Under the pieces are notes generated by a model. It made no database searches. It saw only the letters and a program-made list of their open reading frames with translations, and had not been told where the DNA came from. The position numbers were made by a program, and so were the translations under genes. A DNA stretch of 63,474 nucleotides, counting the filler, from Octopus bimaculoides (Eukaryota): the NCBI RefSeq assembly GCF_001194135.2. It is 7 parts of 6 records of this genome, joined end to end, with 100 filler letters (N's around TTAATTAATTAA, not from the genome) between each part and the next. Parts side by side here need not be neighbours in the genome. Positions count along the whole stretch, not along the records: positions 1 to 12,382 come from NC_068982.1; positions 12,483 to 16,365 come from NC_068997.1; 5 more parts are not named here. One strand, 5' to 3'. Shown here one piece after another: positions 1 to 14,032 of the stretch (positions are counted from its first letter, which is position 1; each line of letters starts with the position of its first letter).

Positions 1-53
<53 letters not shown>

Positions 54-249
54 TAAAGAAAAAGAGAGAGACAAAGAAAGAGAGAGTGAATGAGAATGAG
101 AATGAATGTTTAAATATCTAGGTCCAGATACTACACCGATGTCTTCCCTAAACGCAACAGTTGCTTATTCACCTCATTCAATAATGAAATGCGAATAAAA
201 CATTAAAATCATAACTTAATGTTTGAAAAACAGAAAACAGACATCAAAT

Positions 250-600
250 GCACCCGGATGAACGGAAGCTAGTGACCAAGTTTACGGTGTCTAATGTTAC
301 ATTCTTTTGGTTTTCAAGTGTTGCCAAATAAGTTCATAAAAACATGCTTATTGCTCTTTGTGATTGTTTTGTATTTTAGCAACTAGATAGTACAGAGTAA
401 TAAACTTTTAATGTTCAATATTTATGCTGTTGAAATTAGTACAAAGAAATATGAAATATGAGGATTATGACAAAGTGATCGTGTATTTAGGAAATAAATA
501 AATTTGTGTGTGGCCTCCTAAGGAACATCTGTGATCCTAAATACCCTACTTTTTTCACGTGGCCCTTAGGGGGTATAGGGCTCTCGGTTGAGAGTCACTG
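250..600. mobile_element. Probable hAT-like element end
   Basis: GGTTGAGAGTCACTG at 586-600 resembles the hAT MITE TIRs seen elsewhere in the window. The other end was not identified. Confidence 0.3.
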
Positions 601-886
601 ACCCATGTGGTTGCTCAACGTGAGAAAAGTAGATTCTACTCCACTAAATCCCACCTTAAGTTCTTAAATAATAAAAGGACGTGTTAGATAATGTAGTTCA
701 AATAACCATAAAAGGACAGACTGAAACATAACGAAATAAGACAATTCACATAAGTCTATACTCTATAAAAAATACAAACAAAAACAGATGAATCATTGAA
801 GTAATATGACGAAAAACATAGTGTTGCCATCACAGACATGAAACTGATGAGGCAGTAGAAACTCGAATGAGATTGTTGAAACTTGA

Positions 887-1580
887 TAATAATGCTGATT
901 TCAGATTTTAGCACAAAGAAAGCAAGGGATAGTAGATAGCATCAACCCTAAAACTTGACTGGGTCTTTATTTTATTGACCTCGGAGGGAGGAAATTCAAA
1001 GTTGCACCAGGTGGAATTTGAACTCAGATGAGTCGAAGGAAATATCCTAAAGCGTTTTTCCGATGCTCTAACAATTCTACCAGGTCACAACCGTTTTAAA
1101 AGGTATGAGGATTTCACCACAACACTACCAGCAAATCACCACCTAATAATAATAATCCTTTCTGCTATAGGGCCAAAACCTGAAATTCTGGAGGAATGAA
1201 CAAATCAACTAGAACCTTTTTTATCGAGCTTGAACGAATAAAAGGCAAAACCCCAACCTCAGCGGAATTTGAACGCAGAGCATAAAGAACTGCAAGAAAT
1301 GACCCTAGGCATTTTGTCCGACGCTCTAACAATTTTGCCAGCTTGTTGCCATTAGTAATTATTTCTAAAATAGATACAAAGTTTGCAATTTTGAGGGGAG
1401 AGAGCTTCTGCATATACCGGTACCAGTACCTGTTTGATACTTTATTTCATTGACCCCCAGATGGATGAAAGGCATTCGAACTCAAAATGTTAGGTGGCAT
1501 TCGAAATCAAAGCGTAAAGACGATGAAATGCCACTTAGCATTTTCGCCAGCGTGCTCACGACTCTGCCAGCTCACCACCC
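887..1580 (-). mobile_element. Three tandem copies or fragments of SINE family B
   Basis: Repeated TTGACC...GGAATTTGAAC(T)C...CTCTAACAATT...CCAG motifs at about 887-1090, 1145-1350 and 1415-1580. Confidence 0.75.
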
Positions 1581-1799
1581 TACAAAGCTGAGTAATTACA
1601 ACGAATTATATATAATTTCTATCAAATACACAATTACATGAAACGTTGAAACAAGATTGGAAGGGATTAAAATGAATGGAATATGCCAACATTATTATAA
1701 ACAAATTGGGGTATACGTTATATAAAATAATAACTTCAAAATTCTCATAAAATGTAGGACGTATGATAAAATCTAAACAGACACATGAAACAAACTATT

Positions 1800-2600
1800 T
1801 GGAATGGTGCCTTAGGGCATCCCACGTTTCTTTTCGTTTGCCACTGTTCAAGGTGAGATTTAATCCATCAAAAAGTGCACATTATCGTATTTTACTTGAA
1901 AAAAAAAAAGTTCCACCTCCTCCGGTTTCTCCCAATTTAGCTCCTGATGGTTTTCTACTACTATAATTATTATCAAGATATATATCACTAGTGTCTCTCC
2001 TGTATTCCACTTTGGAAAACTAATATATCAATGCTAAATCCTTTTGCATCATATATGAGTTCTTTTGGTTGCGAGTTACTGGTTCAGCTTTCGAGACGAC
2101 CGTAAATTTTCATTTTTTCGTCATCGCTGTTACTAATGTTTTATTGGGTTTTACATGTCTCTAGATCGGGTTCACGTTTGTCTGCTAGATCTTCATTTTC
2201 TTCCAGAAATTTTTCACTCATCTTCAGCTTCTATTGTTTCCCCATTGTCACAAGACGATGAAAAGATACTGTTGGCTACGTGGGAAGCTCTCATTCTGCG
2301 GCTTCTGGGGTCGAGATCATGTATTTTCCAGCTCCTCGAGGATCTAAAATCAGAGCTTCTTGCTGTTGCTGCTGCAGTTGATCATTCTTCTTAATCTCTC
2401 CCTCTCTTCAACCGTTCGCCTGGTTTGGAGAGTTGTACATCAGGCTCTTGGTCGGCTGTTGAAAACATGGATGAGCTTTCTCTTTATCGCCGGCACATTG
2501 ATCTGTGGCGTACTTGAGCCAGGGGACAATTGCTTTTGTTGCTATTTATGTTACTCACGGCAACATTTTCGCCTTTAAATTTTCCAGTTCTCCAGAACAA
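1800..2600 (-). mobile_element. Degenerate non-LTR retrotransposon, endonuclease-like region
   Basis: Minus frames FSIDILVFQ... and ...GETGGGGTF resemble APE-domain motifs (DILxxQE, GGVG). Heavily frameshifted. Confidence 0.35.
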
Positions 2601-4776
2601 AAAGCACTGAAATGAACTTTCCTTTCATAAACGAAACTCAATTCTGAGCTATCATAACCATATTACAAGCCTCGTTAACTCTGCATCAATTATCCGCATA
2701 TACAACAATACGAAAGTAATGGTAAATCCGAAAGCAATATGGTTGCTGGTGTTCATAATAGTTACCTTTATTTGTTTACTCTAATTGCCGAGGTACAAGT
2801 ATATGGTCGGGCTTGTACCTTAATATCTCTAACTGTTTAGCGACTGTTTTCGGTCTAAAAATTAAATAGATGATCCCGTTGGTGCTACACAGCTGAAAGA
2901 AAACAACTTCCTTTCGTACTTCTGAGGGGAGTTTGTTTCACCTGTTCGACTTAAGACATAAGAAAATTCATTTCTCTTTTATTAAGACACATAGACTGAC
3001 AATACATTTTCGTTAATAGCATTTGTACGTCAAGTGGAAACAAACTGTTCTTCGTAAAGTGTCACCATCATACTGGTTATTTCTGTGGCTGCACATGTAC
3101 AAACATTCAAATTTATAACATTGATTACTAAGTATTGTCTATCTGTTCGAGCTCAGCGTAGGATATATTGCTGTGCCATTAAATTGCTAGTCTTGTGTGT
3201 GTGTGTGTGTGTGTGTGATGCGTGTGTGTGGGATGTGTGTGTGAAATGTGTGTGTGTATGTAGTGTGTGTGTGTATGTGTGCGTATGTGAATTGCATTGC
3301 TTTGTTAATTATCAATTTGCGTTCGGACTGGGAGTGGCATGGAAATTTACTGAGGTCAGTATCTCACCTTTAATCCCCAAACTGCACATAAACAGATTAT
3401 TGAAGTCTTGACAGGAGAGGTAAGTCCTTTACCGGTCCATTCAGTCGTATCTACCATACTACACTGTCTACAATCGTCACCAGACTGAAGAAAACTGCTT
3501 GCTCTTCTTCACTGAAGCATCATGGTTGGGCTGATCTTCACGATGCACTCGATTGATATTCGAATAAGTCATTCACGCAATACGGCTGTTGAACACTTCA
3601 CAAGTCAATAAATATTTGGACACTGAGCTCTCTCCATGATCTTTGGTAGCACTGTTATTCATATAGAGTTTGCTTTGAAACATTACGATCAAAACATCAC
3701 AATCATATGCTTTCATAACAGATCGCTAGCGATGGTTTATTGTTATATACTTCAAAAGACATCTTTTAACTAAGAGGTTCATGAAAAAATATGTGTTCTT
3801 TAAGCTAGGGTGTATTAAATCTTGATATTTTAACATTCCCCACAAGTTTTAAATACTCTGTTCCTTCTTTGTTGCATACATACAAACATTATGTGTGTAT
3901 GAATATTTAAGCACTGTATGTTCCTGTGGAGAGAAAGAGATACAAGAAGAGAGAGAGAATATGAGAATATGAGACAGAAAGAGGAAAAGAGAGAGAGGAG
4001 AAATTTAGGTCTGTTTCCTTTATTGTTATCCTTTTGTATTCTTTATAAAGAGAATTCAAAATCATAACATAAAGAAAAAACAATATTCTTTTAACAACGT
4101 TGTATGAAAATTGGGAATACATATTCATGAAAGAAGTATAGAAAGATTTAATAAAAGGAAAATATTACCTTCAAATGCTGTGTTATGGACAGCAGAAGCA
4201 AACAAAACTTGGCAACGGCATGAAAGCCTGATATATCTTATAAGAAGTCATGAGACTCATAATCAGGGTTGCGGTCATGTTTGAGGTGGTCATGTTTGTG
4301 TTGGTGGTGTTAGTGAGTAGGACTGGTGTCTCCCTGTAGAACCTGGTTGTCGTGATAACGTTTGTGCTTGTAATATTTGCGGGTTAAGGTTAAATCTGCT
4401 ATTGGTAAAAAAAGGGTGTGGTGGTAGTTATGTAAAGAGTAAATGGTAAAGGTCCGTGTTATATTTGTTTGAAATGCAACATACATATGTCTAAAGGAGA
4501 TACAAAAATACAATCAAAACAAAACCAAACAATATTTTCCATATTAAAAGGTCTGTGCAAACCACAAGGGGTAAGCTGATGAGCAACATAAAGAAATGAA
4601 CTGTGAACAAAAAAATGGCTGAAAGCAAGAGGTTGACTGGTGTGAAAAAAAAAAAAGATGGAGCACTGAGGTTGTATCTTTTGCTGGCCCCCTACGAGCT
4701 CAGAGCTACAATTTTGATGAATTAATTGAATAGTTAAGATCATACCAAGTCAGATTGCAATTTGTTATGTTTGTAA

Positions 4777-4990
4777 AGCGGCGAGCTGGCAGAAAAGTTA
4801 GCGTGCCGGGCAAAGTGCATGGCTGTATTTCGTCAGTCTTTACGTTCTGAGTTCAAATGCCACCGGGGTCGATTTCGCCTTTCATCCATTCGGGGTTAGT
4901 AAAATAGATACCAGTTGAACACTGGGTCGATGTAATCGATTTATCCCTCCCTCTAAACTGCTGGCCTTGTGTCAAAATTTGAAACCGATT
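4777..4990 (+). mobile_element. tRNA-derived SINE, family B (Deu/Nin-like central domain)
   Basis: GGCGAGCTGGCAGAA...GAGTTCAAATGCC...GGTCGATTTCGCCTTTCATCCATTCGGGG...AAATAGATACCAG. The central motif resembles the Deu/Nin SINE domain as I recall it. Confidence 0.8.
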
Positions 4991-5543
4991 TATTATGCTT
5001 ATAAGTTTATCACATAAGGCCTTCAAGGACCACAGTTGAGTTCGAGTATTACATGATGAAAAAAACGAGAGATGAATCTTCCCTTGCATATAAAATAATT
5101 CTACAGTAGGCTACATTGTAAAAGACTCTGGTATTTATTTGTCACAGTATGGTGATCTGAGGCAAAATAGAATGAAATAAGCTGCTCATAACCCAACTCA
5201 CTCAGCCTAGAAGTGTTGCATTGGCACAACTTTATTTTGTTCTTCATTCACCTCTTCATCGAAAAGTGCGATGAAAGGCTATGTTTTGCTGATGTAATCA
5301 GAATAAAAATAGAAGCACCCTTAATTTCCGATACACTGAAACAATATTCTATGTGTCTTTTTGAATGGGTGATCCGATTTACATCAGCAAAGAGAAGAAA
5401 ATCTATTCTATATTGAATTATTTCGTAGCCATAATAATTAAGATTCTGGTATATATTTCAAATATACAATTTATCTGGGTCACATTCGCGCACACACGCA
5501 CGCACGCACGCACACACACACGCACGCACGCACGCACGCACGC

Positions 5544-5621
<78 letters not shown>

Positions 5622-6249
5622 NNNNNNNNNNNNNNNNNNNNNNNNNNNNNNNNNNNNNNNNNNNNNNNNNNNNNNNNNNNNNNNNNNNNNNNNNNNNNNN
5701 NNNNNNNNNNNNNNNNNNNNNNNNNNNNNNNNNNNNTGCTGCTATATAAACGGTAAAGCTAAAAAAAAAAAAAATATTAATCTTCGTTCTTTTTTTATCT
5801 TTAGCAGTAAACGGTTTTATTTGTTTATATATCTGGGTGTGGATAAGGCAAAGGTCATTTCCGGTGTTTCTGCTATACAAATCATTAATTTATTCTGAAA
5901 GTTTAGACATGAAAGTGAATACGAAACAGGGTAAGATGGTATTTTCTCACGAGTTGATGTAAGAGGATTGTCAGACCTTATTAAAAGAAAATCATTAGAA
6001 TAGTGTAGTGATAATAACCTCACTGAAGATCACATAAGCAACCACAGCGGTGAAAATATGGTTCAATGTTCTTAAAAGCAACAATAATAGCCGTAGCAAC
6101 AAGCCTTTGCTGAGAACAACAATAGTAATCTGACCTCATTTCACACCCTAATGTCTTAAAGGAGAAATAATGTACAGTAGGTAATATAGTCCTTAAATAT
6201 ATATTACCTAAATATAATAAAAAAAGAGTTGTTACGGTTGAATCGCCAT

Positions 6250-8830
6250 TGATCATAGGTCTACTCGCATAGAGTTGATCTTGTTAAACGAAAATTAAAA
6301 CACTACAAAAAACATAAGGTTTCAGGAAATTTATTGCAAGTCGGAAATTCTCTCTCGATCACCACCTTCTACATTAAATGATAGGTGAGGAAGATGAGAG
6401 AAAAAACCCCGACCATAAACTTTTTCGACTTGCCTACCTCAATATCTCTTTACCATAGCCACCATGCTGGAAAAAAACTGTCTCATCAAAGAAAGGCGGC
6501 AGAAGATTTAACACGGACCCGGTGAACAGCGCAATTTCTATCAAACAACGCAGCAACTTTTCAATATAAGTTGACGTATGAAGGATAGCATGTTTTAGTC
6601 ATATCGACGGGAACTTTTAGGGATATAAGCTCTGCTGCAATAAACATCTGATGCGTTTTGTTTCTGTTGCTTATCAAGAAGAGGGTTAATAATGACCCTA
6701 ACAGTTCTGAGTACAACTGAGAGAATAAAGAAGAGAGATGGTTATTCTTAGAGCAGAATTCTGACTCAAACGCCTGCACTAGAGTGGACTTATTTAAAAA
6801 TAGACTCAGCGTCAAAGCGGTGGTCTTTAAACGAACGCCGGATTAAATCTACCATATTTTAGTCCGCTTCATTCCATCCCAAATATATTCTGATATGCTT
6901 GTAGAGTTTGTAACAAGACAAGTACTAAAATTTGTAGTAGTACATGTAGGACACTTATTTGTCGAATTCGAAATATTGCTCGATCAGAAAAAGCCGTGGA
7001 AAAGTTTGCATTGGGTTATCACTAATGTCTTCTAAAACCCCTTAGAGTGTGAAGGTAGTCCTACCACTGAACGCATTATGCAGTTGGTAGAACAATGTGA
7101 GCGTCTGCCAACACTTCGAATGCTAAGCTGCCGTGATTAGTCTACATTTTATCCTAAATTTCAACTAAGAAGCGTTTTTTTATAAACGAATTTTATTCTG
7201 GCTTTTCTTCGAGAAAACTTCGCTGATATCATAATCCCAGTCCATATCTTTGCATCGAACTAAGGACATTTAAACTTTCCAAAAGCAGCAGAAGAGTAAG
7301 CATTCCAGACAATACTGGGAACAATACACGGCTATTAGGTTGAGTTATAGAAACGAAATAGTTTATATGTTGGCTACATCTCGGATACTTGAAATTTTCT
7401 GCTCTCTCACTTCATTCTAGTTCTCTTTTAGAGGTCTGACCAAAGTACACCTAAAACAGTTAAAACGGACTATCGGCTCAACGATAAATAAGCATTCAAA
7501 AGGAATTGCCTTTCTAACTGACTATCCACCTTACATATTTCCCCATATACGCTTACTTTGCACACATCACATTTATTTTCGAATAAGTGATAAACCATGA
7601 TTGGTCACTAATAACTCACTAGTATCTGCCTTTTCAAGTGGATGTTGTAAATAGTTCCCAACTTTCTCAATAAACACTCTAGCGCCATTACGTAAAAAGA
7701 AAATGATGAATGAAGAGACATGGTTTCCACAAAGGGCACGAGACGTCGAAAAGCTCCCACATATACTTGGACCACTGTAAAAATGTCACAATTGTGAAAA
7801 TGATTATCTAGCCGCTGAAAAATTGCCTTGAAAGTGACTGCTAGTGGAACAGTTTTCATATATTGATGACTGACCCTGTTGAATGCTTTCAACTTTTCCA
7901 AATTAATTACTCACTAGTTAGTAACTAAACTAGTAACATGTTCTGTAACTAAACTATGTAACATGTTCTGGATTTCACAAATATATGATGTTGTGACAAA
8001 ATAATCGAATTCAAATGCCAAACAATTTCCAGGCACTTTCAAAACAAAATCTCAAATTATTCATTTTCATTTAGCAGAACTTTCATCCTGCTGATCGTGT
8101 TCAGAATTTTATAAATTTGTGGAAATTTGACCCTAAAGGAATGAAAATGACAACTTTACAAAATCGACTAAAATCTTCGATGATTCATTTTGCAAAGTTG
8201 AGGACCTGAAGCTATCAAACACCTCCAATCCCTTCTTGTTATTATCCTTGCGTACCTGAGTGATAATCTTAATCCTGATTTAGCGTCGACACCCTATTCT
8301 TTAGTGCTTTTATTGAAGTCCGCATTTTGCAAAAATTCGAGCCAAGTCTCCAATATTTTTTAAAAGATATTTCCCTTTTGAATCAGTCTCCAAATCCTGG
8401 GCAACAAATTAAGGAGTGTGTTCTGTCGGCTCTAACTAAACCACAAAAATATATCCATGACCGGGACTTCCTATTTTCCTAACGGAGACGTATTTTTGCT
8501 TGACATGACACATTATTCAATGCGTCCACCACATTTTAAAGTGCATTCAGTATCGTATGAAGAAGATTTAGATTGTATTTCTAGTAGATCGAAAAACCAC
8601 GATGATACTTCCTCCTTGACTCATTACAGTGTTAGTGTTGATGCCTTTATGTGTTTTCCAGATTTTTCTCGGCAAATCTTATTCGTTGATTGATAGAAAA
8701 TGTTATACTCAAGAAGCTGCTGATAGACGTACTCTATTTTCGCAGGTTTGCCTCTACCACTTTGAAGTCTAGTCCTATTGCACCTCCTTAAATTGTCAGC
8801 AACGTTGTTAACATATCGAGAAAAATTGTT
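6250..8830. mobile_element. Unclassified CpG-retaining complex sequence, probably a decayed DNA transposon
   Basis: Non-repetitive and coding-like, but stops in all frames. Only weak motif hints (SDAFCFCC on the plus strand at about 6650). Confidence 0.25.
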
Positions 8831-8869
8831 TGCGTACCAAGAGGAGAAAAAGCACGAACATAATAGTAA

Positions 8870-9290
8870 TAATAACAACAACAATCCTTTCTACTGGAGG
8901 CACAAGGCCTGAAATTTGAAGAGAGAGGGATAGCCGATTACATCGACCCCAATGCATAACTGATACTTATTTCATTGACCCTGAAAGAATGAAAGGTAAA
9001 ATTGACCTCGGCAGAATTTGAACTCAGAAGGTAGCTGCAGACAAAATACCGCCAAGCATTTCGTCTGGAGTGCTAACGATTCTGACAGCTCGTCGCCTTA
9101 ACAGCAACAGCAATAATAATAATAATGATAATGATGATGAGGATGAGGATGAGTAGGAGGATGGTTTCAAATTTTGGCACTTGGCTATCAATGTTTAGAG
9201 AGGGGTAAGTCGATTACCACGACTTCAGTGCCCAGCTGGTACTTATGTTACCGACCCTGGAAAGATGAAAACCGAAGTCGACCGAAGAGG
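8870..9290 (-). mobile_element. Two SINE family B copies separated by an (AAT/GAT)n tail
   Basis: ATCGACCCC...GACCCTGAAAGAATGAAAGGTAAAATTGACCTCGGCAGAATTTGAACTCAG. Confidence 0.8.
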
Positions 9291-9299
9291 CATTAGATA

Positions 9300-9370
<71 letters not shown>

Positions 9371-10599
9371 GTAGTTCTTTCGTTTATTTGTTACAAGGTC
9401 CATACTAAAAAATAGCAACACAGCAAAGGGTAGCACACACGGATAAACAGATAGCTAGCTAGCTAGTTATCTGTCTATCCGTGTGTGCGTGTACACAGAA
9501 AGAGAGAGGGGGAAGAGAGAGAGAGAGAGAGAGAGAGTGTGACTGAGAGAGTGGGAGAAAGAGAGAAAAGCAGAATGGAGAAGAGACAGGCAGACAGATA
9601 GACAAACTGAAACGAATGAATATAAAAACGAATATGCGCAACTCACCCATACAAGGGTGAGAAGCTACCATCTATGGTATTTATCTCTCCGATAAATTTC
9701 GATACAAGAAACTGATACTTCAGATGATGTCTCTGAGTATTTTGGTGCCAGAATGGAGGACAAGTATCCCACAACCTCTGGGTTGTTGCCATCTCACAAT
9801 TTATACATTTTTAGCGTGATTTTTTTCAAACGGGTAAACCATCCAAGCACTCTTCAAAACCAGACCCTACTCTTTACTTAATTATCACATTGATCTCTTT
9901 TTCTCTGGTATCTTTCAATAGACCCATCAGTTTATCATCAACCCTTCAAAGAACAATGAAATTTTATGCAGTTTCGGGAGCAGATGGGCTCTTACCCATC
10001 TGTCTCTCTTTCTTTAGTTTGTGCATTTCATTTCTTCTTTTTTCTTTTAATAATCTTTTCCCGAATCCCTAATAGTCTGTCCATTTCATCCCCATAAGCT
10101 TTTGACATTGGGATGGTGCTACAGGGTATATAGAGGTTAACCAAATTTGTGCTCGAAGAAATGAATCCACTGCAGCTTTCTGGCCATCGGCAGCTTCATG
10201 GTACAGTGAACTGGGCAACTTATTCCACTATTGTGAATGATGATACTATACAAGCAGCGGTTTTTCTGCCTCTGCTTCTGTTGTCTCTGTGGTTTACTGT
10301 CCTCCTTTTTGTGAATGTTCTTAACGCCGCAAATTTTAAAATCAGTACTGCCATAGTTTTCTCTGAGAAATTCTTCATTTTTTTTCTCCATGTGTTCGTT
10401 TCGTGTTGAGATAAAAGTTTTCAATGTTGGTTTATTTTTGTCTTCTTTGAGCACAAAAAAAGGCATTGAAAACAAATTTCTTATCTTTGTAATGATGCTG
10501 CTTGATACGAGACAGTAATTATAAAGTTTTTGACTGGAACCAACAAATGTAATCCAAACCAGCAGCACAGGTAAACACATCTTACAAGCAAAAGAAATA

Positions 10600-10717
10600 C
10601 CACCACCGCCGCCGCCGCCGCCTCCGCCGCCACCACCGTCGCCGAAGCCACCGCCGCCGCCGCCGCCGCCTCTGCCTCCGCCTCCGCCTCTGCCTCCGCC
10701 TCCACCACCGCCGCCGC
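10600..10717. repeat. GC-rich (CCG)n/(CCTCCG)n repeat
   Basis: Directly visible. Confidence 0.9.
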
Positions 10718-11189
10718 AACAAGAACAATAACAAGTGCGATATGAAAGTCAAAAAGAGAAACGGAAATAGTTGGAACACATAAGGGTACTTAAAAGAGAG
10801 TAAAAAACTAAGAACTAAAACACAAAAGAGCATAGACGGGCTCAGAATTTTTATACACTGTACAGATATAGTTAGTATTAGGCATCCAACCTCATTCGCA
10901 AGACCCAACCAATACAAATACCATCCAATAAAACAGAAAACATACTCATAAAAAGCCACTTTTCGGAATCCGGATTCTCCTCGGCGCTATGGAAATCAGG
11001 CCACTCAATACAACCTACAAAATCCCCACCAGATAAAATATCACAATGCACACCTTAGCCCATCGATACTCGACTCTATAACATCAGCAATTCACACAAT
11101 TCAGTGTCGCGAACTTGGATTATAGTAAAGAAAGACAGGCGCGGATGGCTATGATCATTTCCTCGTTCTTGATTTCTTTGATCAGTTGC

Positions 11190-11400
11190 ATGCTAGCTGT
11201 GACGGCTGGAGGTATATCATGGTTGCAGTGAGATGACAGTATAATCTAAGTGTCTCCTCACGATCTATTGTACACATTCCACAGCTATGTTGCTGGATAT
11301 CGTTGTTCTGGCAGTTGGATATTTACCAGTAACTGTTATGTTTCCCCTCTACATAGTTCGTCATAAATCCAGTCTTGACAAGAATAGTGACAAGCTCTTT
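11190..11400 (-). mobile_element. FLYWCH-like zinc-finger remnant (MULE-associated)
   Basis: GFM...HNSYW*..C...C....TID, then after a frameshift SHCNHDIPP. Matches the YW-C-C...HNH-P layout. Confidence 0.35.
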
Positions 11401-12294
11401 ACTAATTTTACCGAATGTTTAACACACAACGACTTCTCTCAATTTGGCACGCTTACAGTTATAGACAATTCGTAGAACCACAAATTAGAGCGAAGTACGA
11501 GATAGGAGTCTGATGCAGACAAGCTGTCTTGAGAAAGAACTGGCAGGGGTCCTAACAAAAGTACTGTCCTTGCCTGACACCCCAACACCTACGCAATCGC
11601 AAGTATTCTACATAATCACCGCCCCACAATAAAACACGCAATACCAATCAAACAACACATACGATACGCAATCACCGCCCAACAAAATAACACATCATGT
11701 AAAGCATATATTTTACAAATCTTCATACTGACCGGATTTCAGATACTATGTATAAACAAACATCGCGTCAGACCTATTCACTATTCGTATAAATAAACTA
11801 ACAAAAAGGAACATTTAAAAAAGGCGACCGATAACTGTGTAAGTAATACAAGGATTTACTTTGAGAGTTATTGATCTTTACACCATACATTGATAATGTT
11901 TTACAAATGTTCGCCTAGCCGGCTTTTGGATGCCACATATAAAGAAACTAAAGAAACGCAATAGCGATGATGATGATAACATCAGCAACAACCATGAGTT
12001 GCGAATATATATGCTTAACAGAAAGGAAATAGCAGTGCATGATATTGCACAGGTCATTCCTTAATACCGGTTCCCATATGCTATTCATATCTGCACTCGG
12101 TCTGCTTAGAAGGTTGTTGTGTCCTAGCATATGTGCTACTTCTTTTAGTTTTCGTATTTTCCAGTGGTGTTCTCTGTCTGTTATTTTATTTTATTTTAGC
12201 TTCATCCCACAGGGGGGAGGTGGTCTCCATTTTTCCATACATGATCAGCGCGGGCTACTAACCCCAAGATTCCGAGTTCGATTCCAGGCAGTGA

Positions 12295-12382
<88 letters not shown>

Positions 12383-12482
12383 NNNNNNNNNNNNNNNNNN
12401 NNNNNNNNNNNNNNNNNNNNNNNNNNTTAATTAATTAANNNNNNNNNNNNNNNNNNNNNNNNNNNNNNNNNNNNNNNNNNNN
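12383..12482. other. Artificial scaffold linker (44N-TTAATTAATTAA-44N)
   Basis: Identical 100-nt structure at six places; the core has stop codons in all six frames. Confidence 0.95.
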
Positions 12483-12589
12483 AAACAGCAAAACAATATT
12501 CAAAGATAGTAAAATAGGGAAGAAAGTTTTCTGGAAGTTACTAAGTTGCTCTTTGCAACCTAAAAATAAAAATAAAACCCCAAGACAAG

Positions 12590-12900
12590 CAGATCTAATA
12601 ATGCAATAAGTGAAATGCAGTTATTGAAGAAAACTGAAATAAGAAAAATTGAATCACTACCTGACGACATTATTAAAAAGTGACATAAAGATATTTCCAT
12701 GATCAAATATTTTTTATTGTAAATGGATGAATCAACGGATATCATCGAAGCAGGTAAAACGTGCATTTGTACTGGAATGCTGTTTTGATGATTGATTACA
12801 TTGTTAAAGAAAATTTGAAAAAAAAAAAAAAAAAGATTGCCATTAAAAGGAAAATCTGATGAAAAGTTATTGACGAATCATTTAAAAAGAAGACAAATTT
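12590..12900 (+). mobile_element. hAT (Charlie/Buster/ZBED5-like) transposase remnant
   Basis: Plus frame ...IKYFLL*MDESTDI..., resembling the FALQLDESTD catalytic motif; degraded. Confidence 0.5.
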
Positions 12901-13129
12901 TACAGTTGATTATTTCAGAAGTTGGTATCAGCCGCTACAAGTGGTGAACTGAGGACGATCGCTGCAACTGCCAAAAAATCCAGAATTTCCGAATAATAGA
13001 GATAGCACTATATTACTTATCAACAAGTGTTGTACGAAAAGTCAGCAAAAAAATTAAAGAAGTGTTAAATATAGTACGAACAATTGTGACCTCATTTATG
13101 ACGAAGTCTATCAAGACATTTCCTGAGAA

Positions 13130-13310
13130 GCATCGATTCTAGTCCTGGAGATTTGTCCCTGCAAACAAAAAAACTGTTGATAAAATAAAGAAAAGTGTTA
13201 GAATGATTACTGAAAATTTTGCCAGACATTGGGAACCGGACATCATAAATTGGTCATGAGATTTAACGTTTTAAACAGATGTGACAATCGTTTCAAATAA
13301 TTAAGCCTTG
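13130..13310 (+). mobile_element. Possible LINE reverse-transcriptase C-terminal remnant
   Basis: KKSVRMITENFARHWEP resembles the QKKAIRII...HTEP motif of CR1/L2-like elements. Weak. Confidence 0.3.
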
Positions 13311-13324
13311 AGTCGCAAGGGGAA

Positions 13325-13585
13325 AATAAGACCGTGATACTGCTTTGTAGATCAAAAAATAAGACCGTGTCACTGCTTTTTAGATAAAAAAATAAAACCA
13401 TGACACTGCTTTGTAGATCAAAAAATAAGACTGTGACACTGCTTTGTACATAAAAAAATAAGACCGTGTCACTGCTTTGTAGATCAAGAAATAAGACCGT
13501 GGCACTGTTTTGTAGATAAAAAATAAGACTGTGGCGCTGCTTTGTAGATCAAAGAGCAAGACCGTGGCACTGCTTTCCTAGATGA
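13325..13585. repeat. 33-bp minisatellite, about 8 copies
   Basis: Unit AATAAGACCGTGACACTGCTTTGTAGAT(C/A)AAAA, with no spacers. Confidence 0.9.
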
Positions 13586-13695
13586 AATGTTCGATCATTA
13601 TTTTATAATTTGAAAAGTAACCAAAGAAACATTCGATTAAATTAACACTTATATAAATTCAAAATTCATATTAAAATTTATAGAAACTCTAGAAC

Positions 13696-14032
13696 GGAAT
13701 TGTTCAGTGGCTGGAGCGTCGAGCTCACAATCATGAAGTAGTGAGTTCTATTCCCGAAGCGGAATGTGTATTGTGTTCTTGAGCAAGACACTTTATTTCA
13801 CGTTTCTCCAGTTCACTCATCCGTAGAAATGAGTTGCAACATCACTGGTGCGAAACTGCATCGGCCCCTTTGCCTTTCCCTTGGACAACATCGGTGGCAT
13901 GTAGAGGGGAGGCTGCTACGCAGGGGTGACTGATGGTCTTCTGTAAACAGACTTTGCTCGGACTTGTGCCTTGGAGGGTAACTTACTAGGTGTAATCCCT
14001 TGGTCATTCATGACCGAAAAGAGTCCTTTCCA
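13696..14032 (+). mobile_element. tRNA-derived SINE, family C; reverse partial copy at about 57440-57670
   Basis: tRNA-like head (CAGTGGCTGGAGCG...GAGTTCTATTCCC) followed by GTGTTCTTGAGCAAGACACTTTATTTCAC. Confidence 0.65.

Noticed and set aside
13325-13585. CRISPR-like array (33-bp repeats); same question for 61130-61383
   Set aside because: Head-to-tail tandem units with no unique spacers, in eukaryotic DNA with no cas genes.
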